From: Minisyncoccota bacterium
GTDB taxonomy: Bacteria > Patescibacteriota > Minisyncoccia > Phycocordibacterales > UBA1550
Direction of reading: 5' to 3'
Length of the DNA stretch: 64,000 nucleotides
NCBI GenBank assembly: GCA_023229865.1
Contig: JALNYL010000004.1
Coordinates: forward strand, 17,773-81,772
This document shows positions 11,221 to 21,270 of the stretch, piece after piece (the first letter of the stretch is position 1; each line of letters begins with the position of its first letter). The notes under the pieces are model-generated. The model did no database searches and had not been told where the DNA came from. It worked only from the letters and a program-made list of their open reading frames with translations. The position numbers were made by a program, and so were the translations under genes.

Positions 11221-12447
11221 ATGAAACTCAACGATATTTTTCACGAAACATACACCGCGCTCTCTGCAAACAAGGCGCGCTCGGGCCTCACGATACTCGG
11301 CATCGTGATTGGTATTTCGTCGGTGATCGCGATGGTGTCTATTGGGACCGGAGCGTCGGCAAGTATTTCTTCGCGTATTGAGTCTCTTGGTTCAAATCTT
11401 ATTCAAATCACGCCGGGGGCTCAGCGCACGCAAGGGTTTGGCGCAAGTGGTGGGCGTGGCAACGCGAAGACGCTGACAACCGCCGACGCGGAGGCGATTG
11501 CAAAAGAAGTTGCAAACGTAGCTGCTGTTGATGCGCAAGTATCAGGGAGATATCAGGTGACGGCAAAAGGCACCAATACCAACACGAGTGTTACGGGGGT
11601 TACCTCAGCGTATCTTTCGGTGCGCAATGTTGAAGTCGCGGAGGGGACGTTTATTACCGATGCTCAAAACAACAGCGCGGCAAAGGTCGCCGTGCTCGGG
11701 CCCACGACGCGCGACGATCTTTTTGGTGCTGACGCGACTGACGTAGTAGGGAAGAGCGTGCGTATCAAGGGGGTGGAGTTTAAAGTCGTTGGTATCACGG
11801 TTGCAAAGGGTGGCACGGGATTCCAAAATCAAGACGACATCATTTTCATCCCCGTAAAAAGCGCACAGCGATATTTCTCGGGAGACCAATACTTGAGCAC
11901 GATTGCGGTCCAGGCATCGACTCAAGAGGAAATGACACAAGTGCAAGAGGATATCACTACGCTTCTTTTGAGCAGGCATAAGATTAGCGATCCTGCACAA
12001 GCCGATTTCAGTGCGATGAATCAAAACGATATTCTTTCGACAGCCTCGAGTGTGACCTCGACACTGACGTATCTTCTCGCAGCAATCGGAAGTATCTCAC
12101 TTCTTGTGGGAGGTATCGGTATTATGAATATGATGCTCACGACGGTGACCGAGCGCACGCGGGAGATTGGACTTCGCAAAGCAATCGGTGCCAAGAAAAA
12201 AGATATCTCAACGCAATTTCTCGCTGAGGCGGTTGCGCTTACGGTGATTGGTGGCGTGATTGGTATTGCGCTCGGGTGGCTCATTGCATATGTGGTCAAT
12301 CTGACAGGACTCGTGACGACAAGTGTCTCACTTTCATCAGTAATCCTCGCGTTTGGTGTGTCGGCGGTCACGGGTATTGTGTTTGGATATTATCCTGCCC
12401 GCCGCGCTGCAAACTTGAATCCCATTGAAGCGATGCGCTATGAATAG
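11221..12447 (+). CDS. MacB-family ABC transporter permease
   Basis: LTILGIVIG, GGIGIMNMML..VTERTREIG, YPARRAA.LNPIEA. Confidence 0.95.
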   Translation: MKLNDIFHETYTALSANKARSGLTILGIVIGISSVIAMVSIGTGASASISSRIESLGSNLIQITPGAQRTQGFGASGGRGNAKTLTTADAEAIAKEVANVAAVDAQVSGRYQVTAKGTNTNTSVTGVTSAYLSVRNVEVAEGTFITDAQNNSAAKVAVLGPTTRDDLFGADATDVVGKSVRIKGVEFKVVGITVAKGGTGFQNQDDIIFIPVKSAQRYFSGDQYLSTIAVQASTQEEMTQVQEDITTLLLSRHKISDPAQADFSAMNQNDILSTASSVTSTLTYLLAAIGSISLLVGGIGIMNMMLTTVTERTREIGLRKAIGAKKKDISTQFLAEAVALTVIGGVIGIALGWLIAYVVNLTGLVTTSVSLSSVILAFGVSAVTGIVFGYYPARRAANLNPIEAMRYE

Positions 12448-12514
12448 TGAAAGAAAAGAGTAACCCATTTGTAATATAAAGCGAGTAGCTCACAATTAAA
12501 TTATTTAAAATTTT

Positions 12515-12979
12515 ATGGAACAATTAAAAAACAAAAAGAATATTATCAATATCGCAATTCTCATTGCGGTCGCGCTCGGTTCGTTTTACTGTGGCACACT
12601 CTACACAGCAAAGAATAAATCATTCCCTCGTGGTGGTTTCCAGATGATGGACGGTCGCGGAGTACCTGGGGAAGCGGGGACTTATCGAGATGGTGTGTCT
12701 CGTAGCGGCGCTCGCGGCATGATGGGTGGAGTTGTCGCGGGAGAAGTTATTTCAAAAGATGCGACAAGCATCACGGTGAAAATGCAGGACGGCAGTACGA
12801 AAATCGTGCTCGTAAGTGGAAGCACACAAGTATCAAAGTCAGCTGCTGGAGCGATGGAAGATCTTACTCAGGGAGTAAGTGTCGTCGTTATTGGCTCGGC
12901 AAATACGGACGGGAGTGTGACGGCGCAGTCAGTACAGATTCGCCCACAAGGAGCAGGTCTTCCCGTAAAGCAGATTTAG
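12515..12979 (+). CDS. Membrane-anchored hypothetical protein (DUF5666-like)
   Basis: N-terminal TM, Gly-rich linker, GEVISKD..SITV...DGSVTAQSVQI. Confidence 0.6.
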   Translation: MEQLKNKKNIINIAILIAVALGSFYCGTLYTAKNKSFPRGGFQMMDGRGVPGEAGTYRDGVSRSGARGMMGGVVAGEVISKDATSITVKMQDGSTKIVLVSGSTQVSKSAAGAMEDLTQGVSVVVIGSANTDGSVTAQSVQIRPQGAGLPVKQI

Positions 12980-13069
12980 TTACATAAATACATTCACAAG
13001 AGAAAAGCGGTCAGACTGGCCGTTTTTTTCTTTGAAATAAAAGATTCCCGCGTGTTGTATAATAGATAG

Positions 13070-13645
13070 ATGAACCGCGTGCAAAGTGAAAAAACCGACG
13101 AAGAGATTGTTCTGCTTGTTCAGCGTGGAGACACTGAGCAATTTGGTGAGCTTGTGGAGCGTTATGAAGAAAAGCTTTTGCGCTATGGTCGCAAGTTTCT
13201 CTCGCGTCGCGAAGACATTCAGGATATTGTGCAGGATATTTTTATCAGTACGTATCAGAATATTCAAAACTTCGACACCCTACAGCGATTCTCTCCGTGG
13301 ATTTATCGCATCGCGCACAATGCTTTTGTAAATCGATTGAAGAAGAATTCGTACAACCCGCTTATTCTCGTCGACTTTGACACGCTCGTCTCTCATCCTG
13401 TGTATGAAGACCCTGCGCCACTTGAGCGCGAACAAAAAGAGATGCGGGTGATGATCGACAGGGGGCTCGAGGAACTCGCGCCAAAGTATCGTGAAATCCT
13501 CATCTTGCATTATCTCGAAGATATGTCATACAAAGAAATATCAGATATTTTACAAATCCCAGGAGGGACCGTCGGTATACGTTTGAAGAGAGCAAAGGAG
13601 GCACTTAAAAAAGTTTACGAAACAATGAACCTACACCATGAATAA
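13070..13645 (+). CDS. ECF RNA polymerase sigma factor
   Basis: DIVQDIF, FSPWIYRIAHN region 2; SYKEISDIL...TVGIRLKRA region 4. Confidence 0.92.
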   Translation: MNRVQSEKTDEEIVLLVQRGDTEQFGELVERYEEKLLRYGRKFLSRREDIQDIVQDIFISTYQNIQNFDTLQRFSPWIYRIAHNAFVNRLKKNSYNPLILVDFDTLVSHPVYEDPAPLEREQKEMRVMIDRGLEELAPKYREILILHYLEDMSYKEISDILQIPGGTVGIRLKRAKEALKKVYETMNLHHE

Positions 13646-14369
13646 TCACGAACCAAAAAAGAATATTAAAGAAGCAATTCTTCGCAAGATAGAGACGCGT
13701 GAGCTTTCGATGCGTCCAAAGTTGTATTTTACGCTCAGGATTGTGTCGATTGCGGTGCTTGCCCTCGCCGTGCTCCTCATCTCTGTTTTTATTCTCAATT
13801 TTATTTTGTTCAGTATTCGTATCAATAGTCACGAAGCTTTACTTTCCTTTGGTCCTCGTGGGTGGAGTGCTTTCTTTCATTTCTTCCCCTGGGTACCGCT
13901 TCTTCTTGATGTTGTCCTTGTGGTTGCCCTCTCTCGTCTCTTGCGACATTTTCGTTTTGGGTACAAGACACCCGTTCTCTATTTACTCGGTGCGCTTATT
14001 GTCGCCACCTCGCTTGTCGGTATTACGGTAGAGCGTGGCACACATATCAACGAACGCCTCCTTCGTCAGTCAGACGAGCGTGGGTTGCCGCCACCATTTG
14101 GAGGAATGTATGGACATGCTCGTCGCAATCTCCCTCCGGGTGCTGGCGTATGTTTGTGTACCGTTCTTTCTATCGAGGGGAATACACTTAGTGTGCAAGA
14201 TACAAAAAGCACTACGACGCTCAAAGTGCTCATCCCTGAAAACAGTCGTCGTGCGACAACCACTGGTCTCGTCGTGGGAGAAACAATTTTCGTTGCCGGG
14301 GAAGTGAAGGATGGCGTGATGCAAGCTTTTGGGATTAAGAAAGCAGAGGAAGGGTTCCCGAGACCTTAA
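13638..14369 (+). CDS. Membrane protein, putative anti-sigma factor
   Basis: Overlaps the sigma stop codon; three TM segments. Confidence 0.6.
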   Translation: MNNHEPKKNIKEAILRKIETRELSMRPKLYFTLRIVSIAVLALAVLLISVFILNFILFSIRINSHEALLSFGPRGWSAFFHFFPWVPLLLDVVLVVALSRLLRHFRFGYKTPVLYLLGALIVATSLVGITVERGTHINERLLRQSDERGLPPPFGGMYGHARRNLPPGAGVCLCTVLSIEGNTLSVQDTKSTTTLKVLIPENSRRATTTGLVVGETIFVAGEVKDGVMQAFGIKKAEEGFPRP

Positions 14370-14381
14370 CTGGTGATAATA

Positions 14382-14427
14382 AAAACACAGGGCCCGCGAT
14401 TCAGCCGAATCGCGGGCCCTGTGTTTT
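14382..14427. repeat. REP-like palindrome/bidirectional terminator, GATTC-AGCC-GAATC family
   Basis: ACACAGGGCCCGCGATTC-AGCC-GAATCGCGGGCCCTGTGT between convergent genes. Confidence 0.85.
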
Positions 14428-14432
14428 GCATG

Positions 14433-14924
14433 CTACATCAATTTCCCGAGGAGATAGTAAGTGAGTTCTGCTTGCACATTAGTGCGTAGGTGTTTGCGTA
14501 CCTCCGTAAATGCCGTTGTGCCATCACGCCCACATTCTTGGATAATCACCCCTTGCCCTCCTGGGTGCTGCACGATGTAAGGAGTGAGATCGTACACGTT
14601 CCCATCGATAATCACCCAGCAATTGCTCTTTGTCGCGTGCTTTGCGACTTCAGCCTTGGTGAGAGTAGGAGCTTTTGTTGCGGGGGTTGTTTCCTGTGGC
14701 TGAGGTGCTTCTTTTACGGTCGTTGTGGGGGCTACAGATGTAGTAGTCTCGGGTGAGGCTGTCGCCACTCTGTTTACAGGCGCACTGCGCATCTGCCCCT
14801 GCCCGCCTCCGTTTTTCGACACCGATACGCTTGGTGTGTTGCTGTCAAAAACCCCCATAAAATATGCGACGGCGACGGCGCTCGCGATAGCCAATAAAAA
14901 AGTCGCAATTGATGATTTGCTCAT
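14433..14924 (-). CDS. Cytochrome b5-like heme/steroid-binding domain protein
   Basis: EVAKH...CWVIIDGNVYDLT.Y...HPGG...CGRDGT..F....H; N-terminal TM. Confidence 0.9.
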   Translation of the reverse strand: MSKSSIATFLLAIASAVAVAYFMGVFDSNTPSVSVSKNGGGQGQMRSAPVNRVATASPETTTSVAPTTTVKEAPQPQETTPATKAPTLTKAEVAKHATKSNCWVIIDGNVYDLTPYIVQHPGGQGVIIQECGRDGTTAFTEVRKHLRTNVQAELTYYLLGKLM

Positions 14925-14984
14925 ATATCGGCATTATACAACATAGCCACCACTTTTCTTTCGTTTTTGCTATACTATTTGTAT

Positions 14985-15707
14985 ATGACATCTCCAGTAC
15001 CCGAGCACAAGCACAAAGAGCTCCACACCCACAAGACGGGCGTGCAGCTCAATTCCCTCCGTGCTGCTGTGCTTGGGGCAAATGACGGCATCGTTTCCAC
15101 AGCGTCTTTGGTTCTTGGAGTTGCGGGGGCTGCCGCCTCGTCGGATATTATTCTGATTACAGGAGTCGCAGGGCTTACTGCAGGTGCTCTCTCTATGGCA
15201 GTGGGGGAATATGTGTCGGTGAGTACTCAGCGCGACACTGAGAAGGCACTTCTTGAAAAAGAGCGTCACGAGCTTGAGACGACCCCCGATCACGAGCTCG
15301 GCGAACTCGTGTCTATTTATGAAAGAAAGGGGGTGTCACACGAAACCGCACAAAAGGTCGCCGAGGAGCTCACAGCTCACGATGCGTTTGCGGCGCATGT
15401 TGATGTGGAGCTCGGTATCAACCCCAACTCCCTCACAAACCCTTGGCACGCGGCGTATGCCTCTGCCGCGTCATTTACGGTGGGCTCGCTCATTCCGCTT
15501 TTTGCAATCATGCTCCCTTCGGAAGAAATGCGTGTTCCTGTTACGTTTGCATCAGTTCTTCTCGCGCTCATTATGACCGGAAGCCTTAGTGCCTACGCGG
15601 GTGGTTCATCTCAGCGTGTGGCGACGGTGCGTGTGGTGTTTGGCGGCCTTCTCGCGATGGCCATTACGTATGGGATAGGTACCCTTTTTGGCGTATCATC
15701 TGTGTAG
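14985..15707 (+). CDS. VIT1/CCC1 family Fe/Mn transporter
   Basis: LRAAVLGANDGIVS, GALSMAVGEYVSV. Confidence 0.93.
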   Translation: MTSPVPEHKHKELHTHKTGVQLNSLRAAVLGANDGIVSTASLVLGVAGAAASSDIILITGVAGLTAGALSMAVGEYVSVSTQRDTEKALLEKERHELETTPDHELGELVSIYERKGVSHETAQKVAEELTAHDAFAAHVDVELGINPNSLTNPWHAAYASAASFTVGSLIPLFAIMLPSEEMRVPVTFASVLLALIMTGSLSAYAGGSSQRVATVRVVFGGLLAMAITYGIGTLFGVSSV

Positions 15708-15782
15708 GGGTTTACTTTTCTTACCCCCAGGAGTAGGCTAAACATCGGGTTTGAACATTAACTAATAGCAGGGAGGTGCGCT

Positions 15783-16112
15783 ATGTGTAATACGTCAAAG
15801 AATGCAGTGAGATTCCGCCTCATGGAAACAAAGCTTGAAATCGAAGCACTCCAAGAACGCTTCGAATCGCTCCGTCTTGAGCTCCAAAAAGAGTGCAAGC
15901 ACAAAGAGGTGATCGAAACCGAAGATCTCGGCGTCAGAAACACCTATTTGCCCCGAGTTTGCACCGGGTGTGGGCTCGAAGAACAGGTGTGGATTGACGA
16001 ACAGGGTCAAAGTTCTGGCTACAAGATTCTTGGCGGGGCAGAAGGCCGCATTATTCGCGTTGCCTTGAGTGTTGAGCTCTTGCACTACAAGGAATTGCGC
16101 CACATCGTTTGA
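15783..16112 (+). CDS. Hypothetical CxH/CxxC protein, paralog of 16248..16664
   Basis: Shared CxH...RxCTxCxLxExxWxDExGxSSG...GAExRxI; SD GGGAGGT. Confidence 0.75.
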   Translation: MCNTSKNAVRFRLMETKLEIEALQERFESLRLELQKECKHKEVIETEDLGVRNTYLPRVCTGCGLEEQVWIDEQGQSSGYKILGGAEGRIIRVALSVELLHYKELRHIV

Positions 16113-16121
16113 TTTTTCCCA

Positions 16122-16157
16122 AAAAGCGGACGCTCCCGAGCTCCGCTTTTTCTTTTT
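16122..16157 (+). terminator. Intrinsic terminator, identical to 16678..16713
   Basis: AAAAGCGGACGCTCCCGAGCTCCGCTTTTTCTTTTT, 36-bp exact duplicate. Confidence 0.85.
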
Positions 16158-16247
16158 CTTTCAAAAAGGGGATATCCTTTACATTTTATGTTGTCAGGAG
16201 TAGTGTGAATCAGGGTCAGATCTATCAATCACTGAAGCGGAGGAATT

Positions 16248-16664
16248 ATGCCTAATACTCAGAAAGCCCGTACGAAACTCCTGGTTTTGAACATACGGCG
16301 CTCGATTGCTCAGATGCAAGCAAGAGAAAAGCATCTTTTTAACACTCTCCAGTTAATCTGCGGGCACCCGGTGGTGGCCGAACACGACCGTGGTGCCAAT
16401 AACTACTCCGTGCGGATTTGCACTGAGTGTACCCTGCGGGAGGAAGCGTGGGTTGACGAAGCGGGGATGAGCAGTGGCTTCGAAAAGCTTGTGGGTGCTG
16501 AAAACCGCACTATTAAGCAAGTTTCGATGGCCGAAATAGCGCAATACGAAACACTGCAAGACGACAATCAAAAGCCTGCTGCAGAAGATGGTGTTGCGGT
16601 AGTGATGAAGAAAACACTCCTCCTGGCTCAAGACCAGCTGGGTAACTACAAGAAGGATCGATAG
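16248..16664 (+). CDS. Hypothetical CxH/CxxC protein, paralog of 15783..16112
   Basis: Same motif; promoter TTTACA(16178)-17-TAGTGT; SD GGAGG. Confidence 0.75.
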   Translation: MPNTQKARTKLLVLNIRRSIAQMQAREKHLFNTLQLICGHPVVAEHDRGANNYSVRICTECTLREEAWVDEAGMSSGFEKLVGAENRTIKQVSMAEIAQYETLQDDNQKPAAEDGVAVVMKKTLLLAQDQLGNYKKDR

Positions 16665-16677
16665 AAGTAAAAACATT

Positions 16678-16713
16678 AAAAGCGGACGCTCCCGAGCTCC
16701 GCTTTTTCTTTTT
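16678..16713 (+). terminator. Intrinsic terminator, identical to 16122..16157
   Basis: 36-bp exact duplicate. Confidence 0.85.
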
Positions 16714-17040
16714 TTTCAAAAAATATACACTCCTCGACAGCCCCCTGTGGAAAACTTTTTACATAAAATTGTTTTGCGAGAAGAAAAATTTTGTTTGCCA
16801 AAATTTGCGCGCGGAAAACGCAGAATTTCAGCCCTCGTTTGCCAAATTTTTAGACATTCTTTTTTGTGCATGATGTAGTCATAAAATTATTCAAATTTAC
16901 TTCCGTTTAGTTTTTCCTCTGTGTTAAAATAGGGGAGTTAAAGCGCACTTCGGGCATAGTTTTTGTTTTCCATTAGGCAAAAAAGCTTGCATCCACCCGT
17001 AGGTGCCTTTTTTAATCATCATTAACAACTTATCCATCAT

Positions 17041-19878
17041 ATGAATCAGGTCCAAAAACGAAACGGTACTATCGTAGAGTTCTCTCCGGAGAAAATCACG
17101 ACTGCGATTAGTAAAGCTTTCAGCGCGTGCAACACCCCCATTACCGAGGAAAAGCTTTCTGAAATGACCGCAGCTGTTTTGATGGCCGTAAAAGATGGTG
17201 GATATGGACAGATTCCCTCTGTTGAGAAGATCCAGGACGTTGTTGAGCTCGTTATTATGAACGAGGGCTTCCACGAAGTCGCAAAAGCCTACATCATTTA
17301 TCGTTACGAACACGAGAAAATCCGTGAAAAGAAGCAGGAAGAGGTTATTGAGAAGATCGAAGACAAAAAACTCTCTATTACCAAGCGCTCCGGCAAGACC
17401 GAGCACTATTCTGAGAAGAAAATCGAGAAAACCCTCGCGCGTGTGACGAGTGGCTATGAGAAGGCTATTGATGTCGACTCTATTCTTACTCAGCTCAAGC
17501 TCAATGTGTACGAGGGTATCACTACGACCGAGATTACGCGCGCAATCATTCAGGTTATGCGCTCAATGATCGAGCTCGACCCTGCGTATTCCAAGGTTGC
17601 TGCACGTCTTCTCTTGCAAAAGCTCTACCGTGATGTCTTTGGAACCAACTTTGAGCCAAAGGACATCCTCTCCGCACACGCAAAGTCATTCCCCGAGAAC
17701 ATCAAGCGCGCCGTTGCTGATGGTCTCCTCGACGCACGCATGCTCGAGTTTGATCTCGACAACCTTGTAACAAAGTTTGAGCTCGAAAACGACGAACTCT
17801 TTGAATACATGGGACTCGAGATTCTCGCGTCACGCTATTTCCAAGAGGACCCAAAGACCAAGAAGCCCATCGAGACTCCTCAGATGTTTTGGATGCGTAT
17901 CGCTATGGGTACCGCACTCAACGAAAAGCCCGAGGACCGCACTCGCGTAGCACTCGAGTTCTATGAGGTGCTCTCTCGCTTCCTCTACACCCCAGGAGGC
18001 CGCACCCTCTTCCAAGCGGGGGCAAAGAAGGCTCAGCTTGCAAACTGCTTCCTCAACGTCGTTCCAGACTCTCTCGACGCTATCTTTAAGACATTTGGCG
18101 ATAATGCGCAGTATTTGAAGTGGTCAGGTGGTACGGGTACGAGCTGGACTCCACTCCGCGCTACGGGTGGCTTCATCAGTGGTACGGGCGTGGGGAGTCA
18201 GGGGGTTGTTCCTTTCCTCAAGATTGCCAACGATATCAACATTGCTATCAACCGTTCCGGCAAGCGCCGTGGGGCAGGTTGCGTGTATCTTGAGACATGG
18301 CACCTCGATATTGAGGATTTCCTCGAGCTCCGCAAGAACACCGGCGATGAGCGTCGTCGTACCCACGATGTGAATACCGCCAACTGGATTCCTGACCTCT
18401 TTATGAAGCGTGTTCGTGATGGCAAGGAGTGGACACTCTTTTCTCCTGACGAAACCCCAGATCTCCACGAGATTTACGGCGCAGCATTCGAAAAGCGCTA
18501 CGAGGAATACGAAAAGATGGCAGACGAGGGCAAAATCAAGCTCTTCAAGCGTCTCCCTGCGACCGACATCTGGAAGAAGATGATTTCGATGCTCTTTGAG
18601 ACAGGGCACCCTTGGATTACGTTCAAGGATCCTTGTAACGTGCGTTCACCTCAGGATCACGCAGGTGTTGTTCACAGCTCAAATCTCTGCACCGAGATCA
18701 CGCTCAATACCAACGCCAACGAGACCGCTGTATGTACGCTCGGCTCACTCAACTTCGCAAAGTTTGTAAAGGACGGCAAGTTTGACCACGAGCTCGTAGA
18801 GAGCGTGACTCGAAGCGCAGTCCGTATGCTCGACAACGTTATCGATGTGAACTTCTATCCTACGGAAGACGCCCGCCGTGGTAGCACCCTCCATCGCCCT
18901 GTCGGACTCGGTGTTCGTGGGTATCACGATGCACTTTACCTCCTCGGTATCGACTTTGACTCAGAAGAAGCAGTGAAGTTTGCGGACGAGAGTATGGAAG
19001 TCGTCGCATACTACACCATCCTCGCATCATCAGAGCTCGCCAAGGAGCGTGGCGTCTACTCGACCTACAAGGGTTCAAAGTGGGATCGCGGACTCCTTCC
19101 TCAAGACACCGTCGACCTCCTCGAAACAGAGCGTGGCGAGAAGATTGAAGTAGAGCGTGGTGGTGTACTCGACTGGACTCCTGTACGCGAGAGTATCAAG
19201 AAGCACGGCATGAGAAACAGCAACGTGATGGCCATTGCGCCGACCGCAAGTACGGCCAACCTCGCAGGATGTATTCCTTGCGTAGAGCCTATCTACAAAA
19301 ACATTTACGTAAAGTCCAACAAAGAAGGGGACTTCGTGGTGGTAAACAAGTATCTCGTTGAAGACTTGAAGCGCCTCGGGCTCTGGAGCCGTGATATGTT
19401 GAACAAAATCAAGTTCCACGACGGTAGCATCCAAAACATCGCCGAGCTTCCTCGCGATATTCGCAAGAAGTACAAGGAAGTGTTTGAGATTGATTCACGT
19501 TGGCTCATCGATGCCGCAGCACGCCGTGCAAAGTGGATCGACCAGTCACAGTCACTCAACATCTTCTTCCGTGGCACCTCAGGCAAAGAGCTTTCAGAGA
19601 TTTACTTCTACGCATGGAAGAAAGGCCTCAAGACGACCTACTACCTCCGCTCACTCGGTGCGTCACAAGTAGAGAAGTCCACCGTGTCCGTTTCAGAATT
19701 CGGCAACACACACAAGCGCGACTTCACGGTCAAGTCCGCAGATGCCGTAGTGTCTATCAAGGAAGAAATCAAAATTACTTCAGCCCCGTCGGAAGACCAA
19801 AAGAAAGCCGACGCCGAGTTTATGGCACGCGTCGCGAGAGGAGAGGAGGTTGGTATCTGTGAGTCGTGCCAGGGTTAA
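17041..19878 (+). CDS. nrdA: Class Ia ribonucleotide reductase alpha subunit with two ATP cones
   Basis: Two cones (VQKRNG; ITKRSG), SNLCTEI, APTAS, KTTYYLRS, C-terminal CESCQ. Confidence 0.96.
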   Translation: MNQVQKRNGTIVEFSPEKITTAISKAFSACNTPITEEKLSEMTAAVLMAVKDGGYGQIPSVEKIQDVVELVIMNEGFHEVAKAYIIYRYEHEKIREKKQEEVIEKIEDKKLSITKRSGKTEHYSEKKIEKTLARVTSGYEKAIDVDSILTQLKLNVYEGITTTEITRAIIQVMRSMIELDPAYSKVAARLLLQKLYRDVFGTNFEPKDILSAHAKSFPENIKRAVADGLLDARMLEFDLDNLVTKFELENDELFEYMGLEILASRYFQEDPKTKKPIETPQMFWMRIAMGTALNEKPEDRTRVALEFYEVLSRFLYTPGGRTLFQAGAKKAQLANCFLNVVPDSLDAIFKTFGDNAQYLKWSGGTGTSWTPLRATGGFISGTGVGSQGVVPFLKIANDINIAINRSGKRRGAGCVYLETWHLDIEDFLELRKNTGDERRRTHDVNTANWIPDLFMKRVRDGKEWTLFSPDETPDLHEIYGAAFEKRYEEYEKMADEGKIKLFKRLPATDIWKKMISMLFETGHPWITFKDPCNVRSPQDHAGVVHSSNLCTEITLNTNANETAVCTLGSLNFAKFVKDGKFDHELVESVTRSAVRMLDNVIDVNFYPTEDARRGSTLHRPVGLGVRGYHDALYLLGIDFDSEEAVKFADESMEVVAYYTILASSELAKERGVYSTYKGSKWDRGLLPQDTVDLLETERGEKIEVERGGVLDWTPVRESIKKHGMRNSNVMAIAPTASTANLAGCIPCVEPIYKNIYVKSNKEGDFVVVNKYLVEDLKRLGLWSRDMLNKIKFHDGSIQNIAELPRDIRKKYKEVFEIDSRWLIDAAARRAKWIDQSQSLNIFFRGTSGKELSEIYFYAWKKGLKTTYYLRSLGASQVEKSTVSVSEFGNTHKRDFTVKSADAVVSIKEEIKITSAPSEDQKKADAEFMARVARGEEVGICESCQG

Positions 19879-19991
19879 ACGAAACGACACAAGGCCCGGC
19901 CTTAAGAAACTTGGGCCCAAGGCCGGGCCTTAGTGGCGCTGAGTTTAGTAAATAAATTTTTATAACCATTATCAATTAATCAATTAACAAC

Positions 19992-21026
19992 ATGCCCATC
20001 GCAAAAGGAGACAACCCCGTAAACATCAACAATCGCCGCGTCATCAACGGTAAAGACGCTGACGTTATTCAGCTCTACCCCATGAAGCACACCTTCGCGT
20101 GGGATGCCTACACGGTGGGCAACGCAAACCACTGGCTCCCTACGGAGATTGGTATGCAAAAGGACATCGAGCAGTGGCGCTCAAAAGACATCCTCACCGA
20201 GGATGAGCGCAAGGCATTTGAGACCGTACTCGGCTTCTTTACGACCGCAGACTCCATCGCAGCCAACAACGTTGCCCTCGGCTTCTACAAGCACATCACG
20301 TCTCCTGAGTGCCGTATGTACATCCTCCGTCAGGCATACGAAGAGGCTATTCACACCCACGCATACCAGTACATCGTGGAGAGTCTCGCGATGGACGAGA
20401 GCAAGATCTTCAACATGTACCGTCAGGTAGACGCCATCTACAACAAGGACAACTTCGTTCTCTCTTTCAACGAAGGCATCTTCGACGACAACTTCAAGAC
20501 CGGCACCTTCGAGAACGACCAGAAGTTCCTCGAGAACATCGTTATTTTCTCGCTCATTATGGAAGGCATCTTCTTCTACTCATCGTTCGCCGTTATGTTT
20601 GGCTTCCAGCGTCAGGGCAAGCTCACGGGCGCCGCAGAGCAGATCCAGTACATTATGCGTGACGAGTCACAGCACTTAAACTTCGGTATTAACCTCATCA
20701 ACACGATTAAAGAGGAACAGCCAGAGCTCTGGACCCCCGAGTTCCAAGAGAAGATGATTGGCCACATCAAGCGTGCCGTAGGACTCGAGTACACCTTTGC
20801 GACGACCGTGTTCCCAAGAGGTATCTTCGGTATGAACGCCGATGGTTTCAAGCAGTACATCGAGCACATCGCAGATAGAAGACTTGAGGCAGTAGGTTTG
20901 CCAGTACAGTATGGTGTCGAGAACCCATTCCCGTGGATGTCAGAGGCGATAGACTTGAGTAAGGAGAAGAATTTCTTTGAGACGAGGGTTACCGAATATA
21001 AGACTGGCGGCGCCCTCGAATGGTAG
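19992..21026 (+). CDS. nrdB: Class Ia ribonucleotide reductase beta subunit
   Basis: ADS, EEAIHTHAY (radical Tyr present), EGIFFY, RDESQH, NFFETRV. Confidence 0.96.
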   Translation: MPIAKGDNPVNINNRRVINGKDADVIQLYPMKHTFAWDAYTVGNANHWLPTEIGMQKDIEQWRSKDILTEDERKAFETVLGFFTTADSIAANNVALGFYKHITSPECRMYILRQAYEEAIHTHAYQYIVESLAMDESKIFNMYRQVDAIYNKDNFVLSFNEGIFDDNFKTGTFENDQKFLENIVIFSLIMEGIFFYSSFAVMFGFQRQGKLTGAAEQIQYIMRDESQHLNFGINLINTIKEEQPELWTPEFQEKMIGHIKRAVGLEYTFATTVFPRGIFGMNADGFKQYIEHIADRRLEAVGLPVQYGVENPFPWMSEAIDLSKEKNFFETRVTEYKTGGALEW

Positions 21027-21028
21027 TC

Positions 21029-21149
21029 GCTCTGGTCTTTTTATCGGATTTCGGCGTTGCAACCTCCGCTTGCTCCCGCGCAGTACTAGATGTACAGCTT
21101 GGTCACAATGCTCGGTTGCGCCTTGAACTCCAATAAAAATCCTCAGAGC
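21029..21149. repeat. 121-bp imperfect palindrome (REP/MITE-like) at the left edge of the AT-rich island
   Basis: GCTCTG..TTTTTAT.GGA.TTC.GGCG..GCAACC ... GGTTGCGCC.TGAA.TCC.ATAAAAA..CAGAGC with an internal GTAC/GTAC hairpin. Confidence 0.65.
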
Positions 21150-21270
21150 TTGTGTGTGTCGGCTTTAAATACATAAACAACCCCCTGCTTTTCAAAAAAG
21201 TGGGGGTTGTTTGCACCCTTTTTCCAGTGTAATTGAGTGCAATCTTATAGATAGTTGCTATAATGTGTCT

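Noticed and set aside
19992-21026. Possible class Ic (Mn/Fe) R2 subunit
   Set aside because: The radical Tyr (HTHAY) and the first Asp ligand are present, so it is class Ia.
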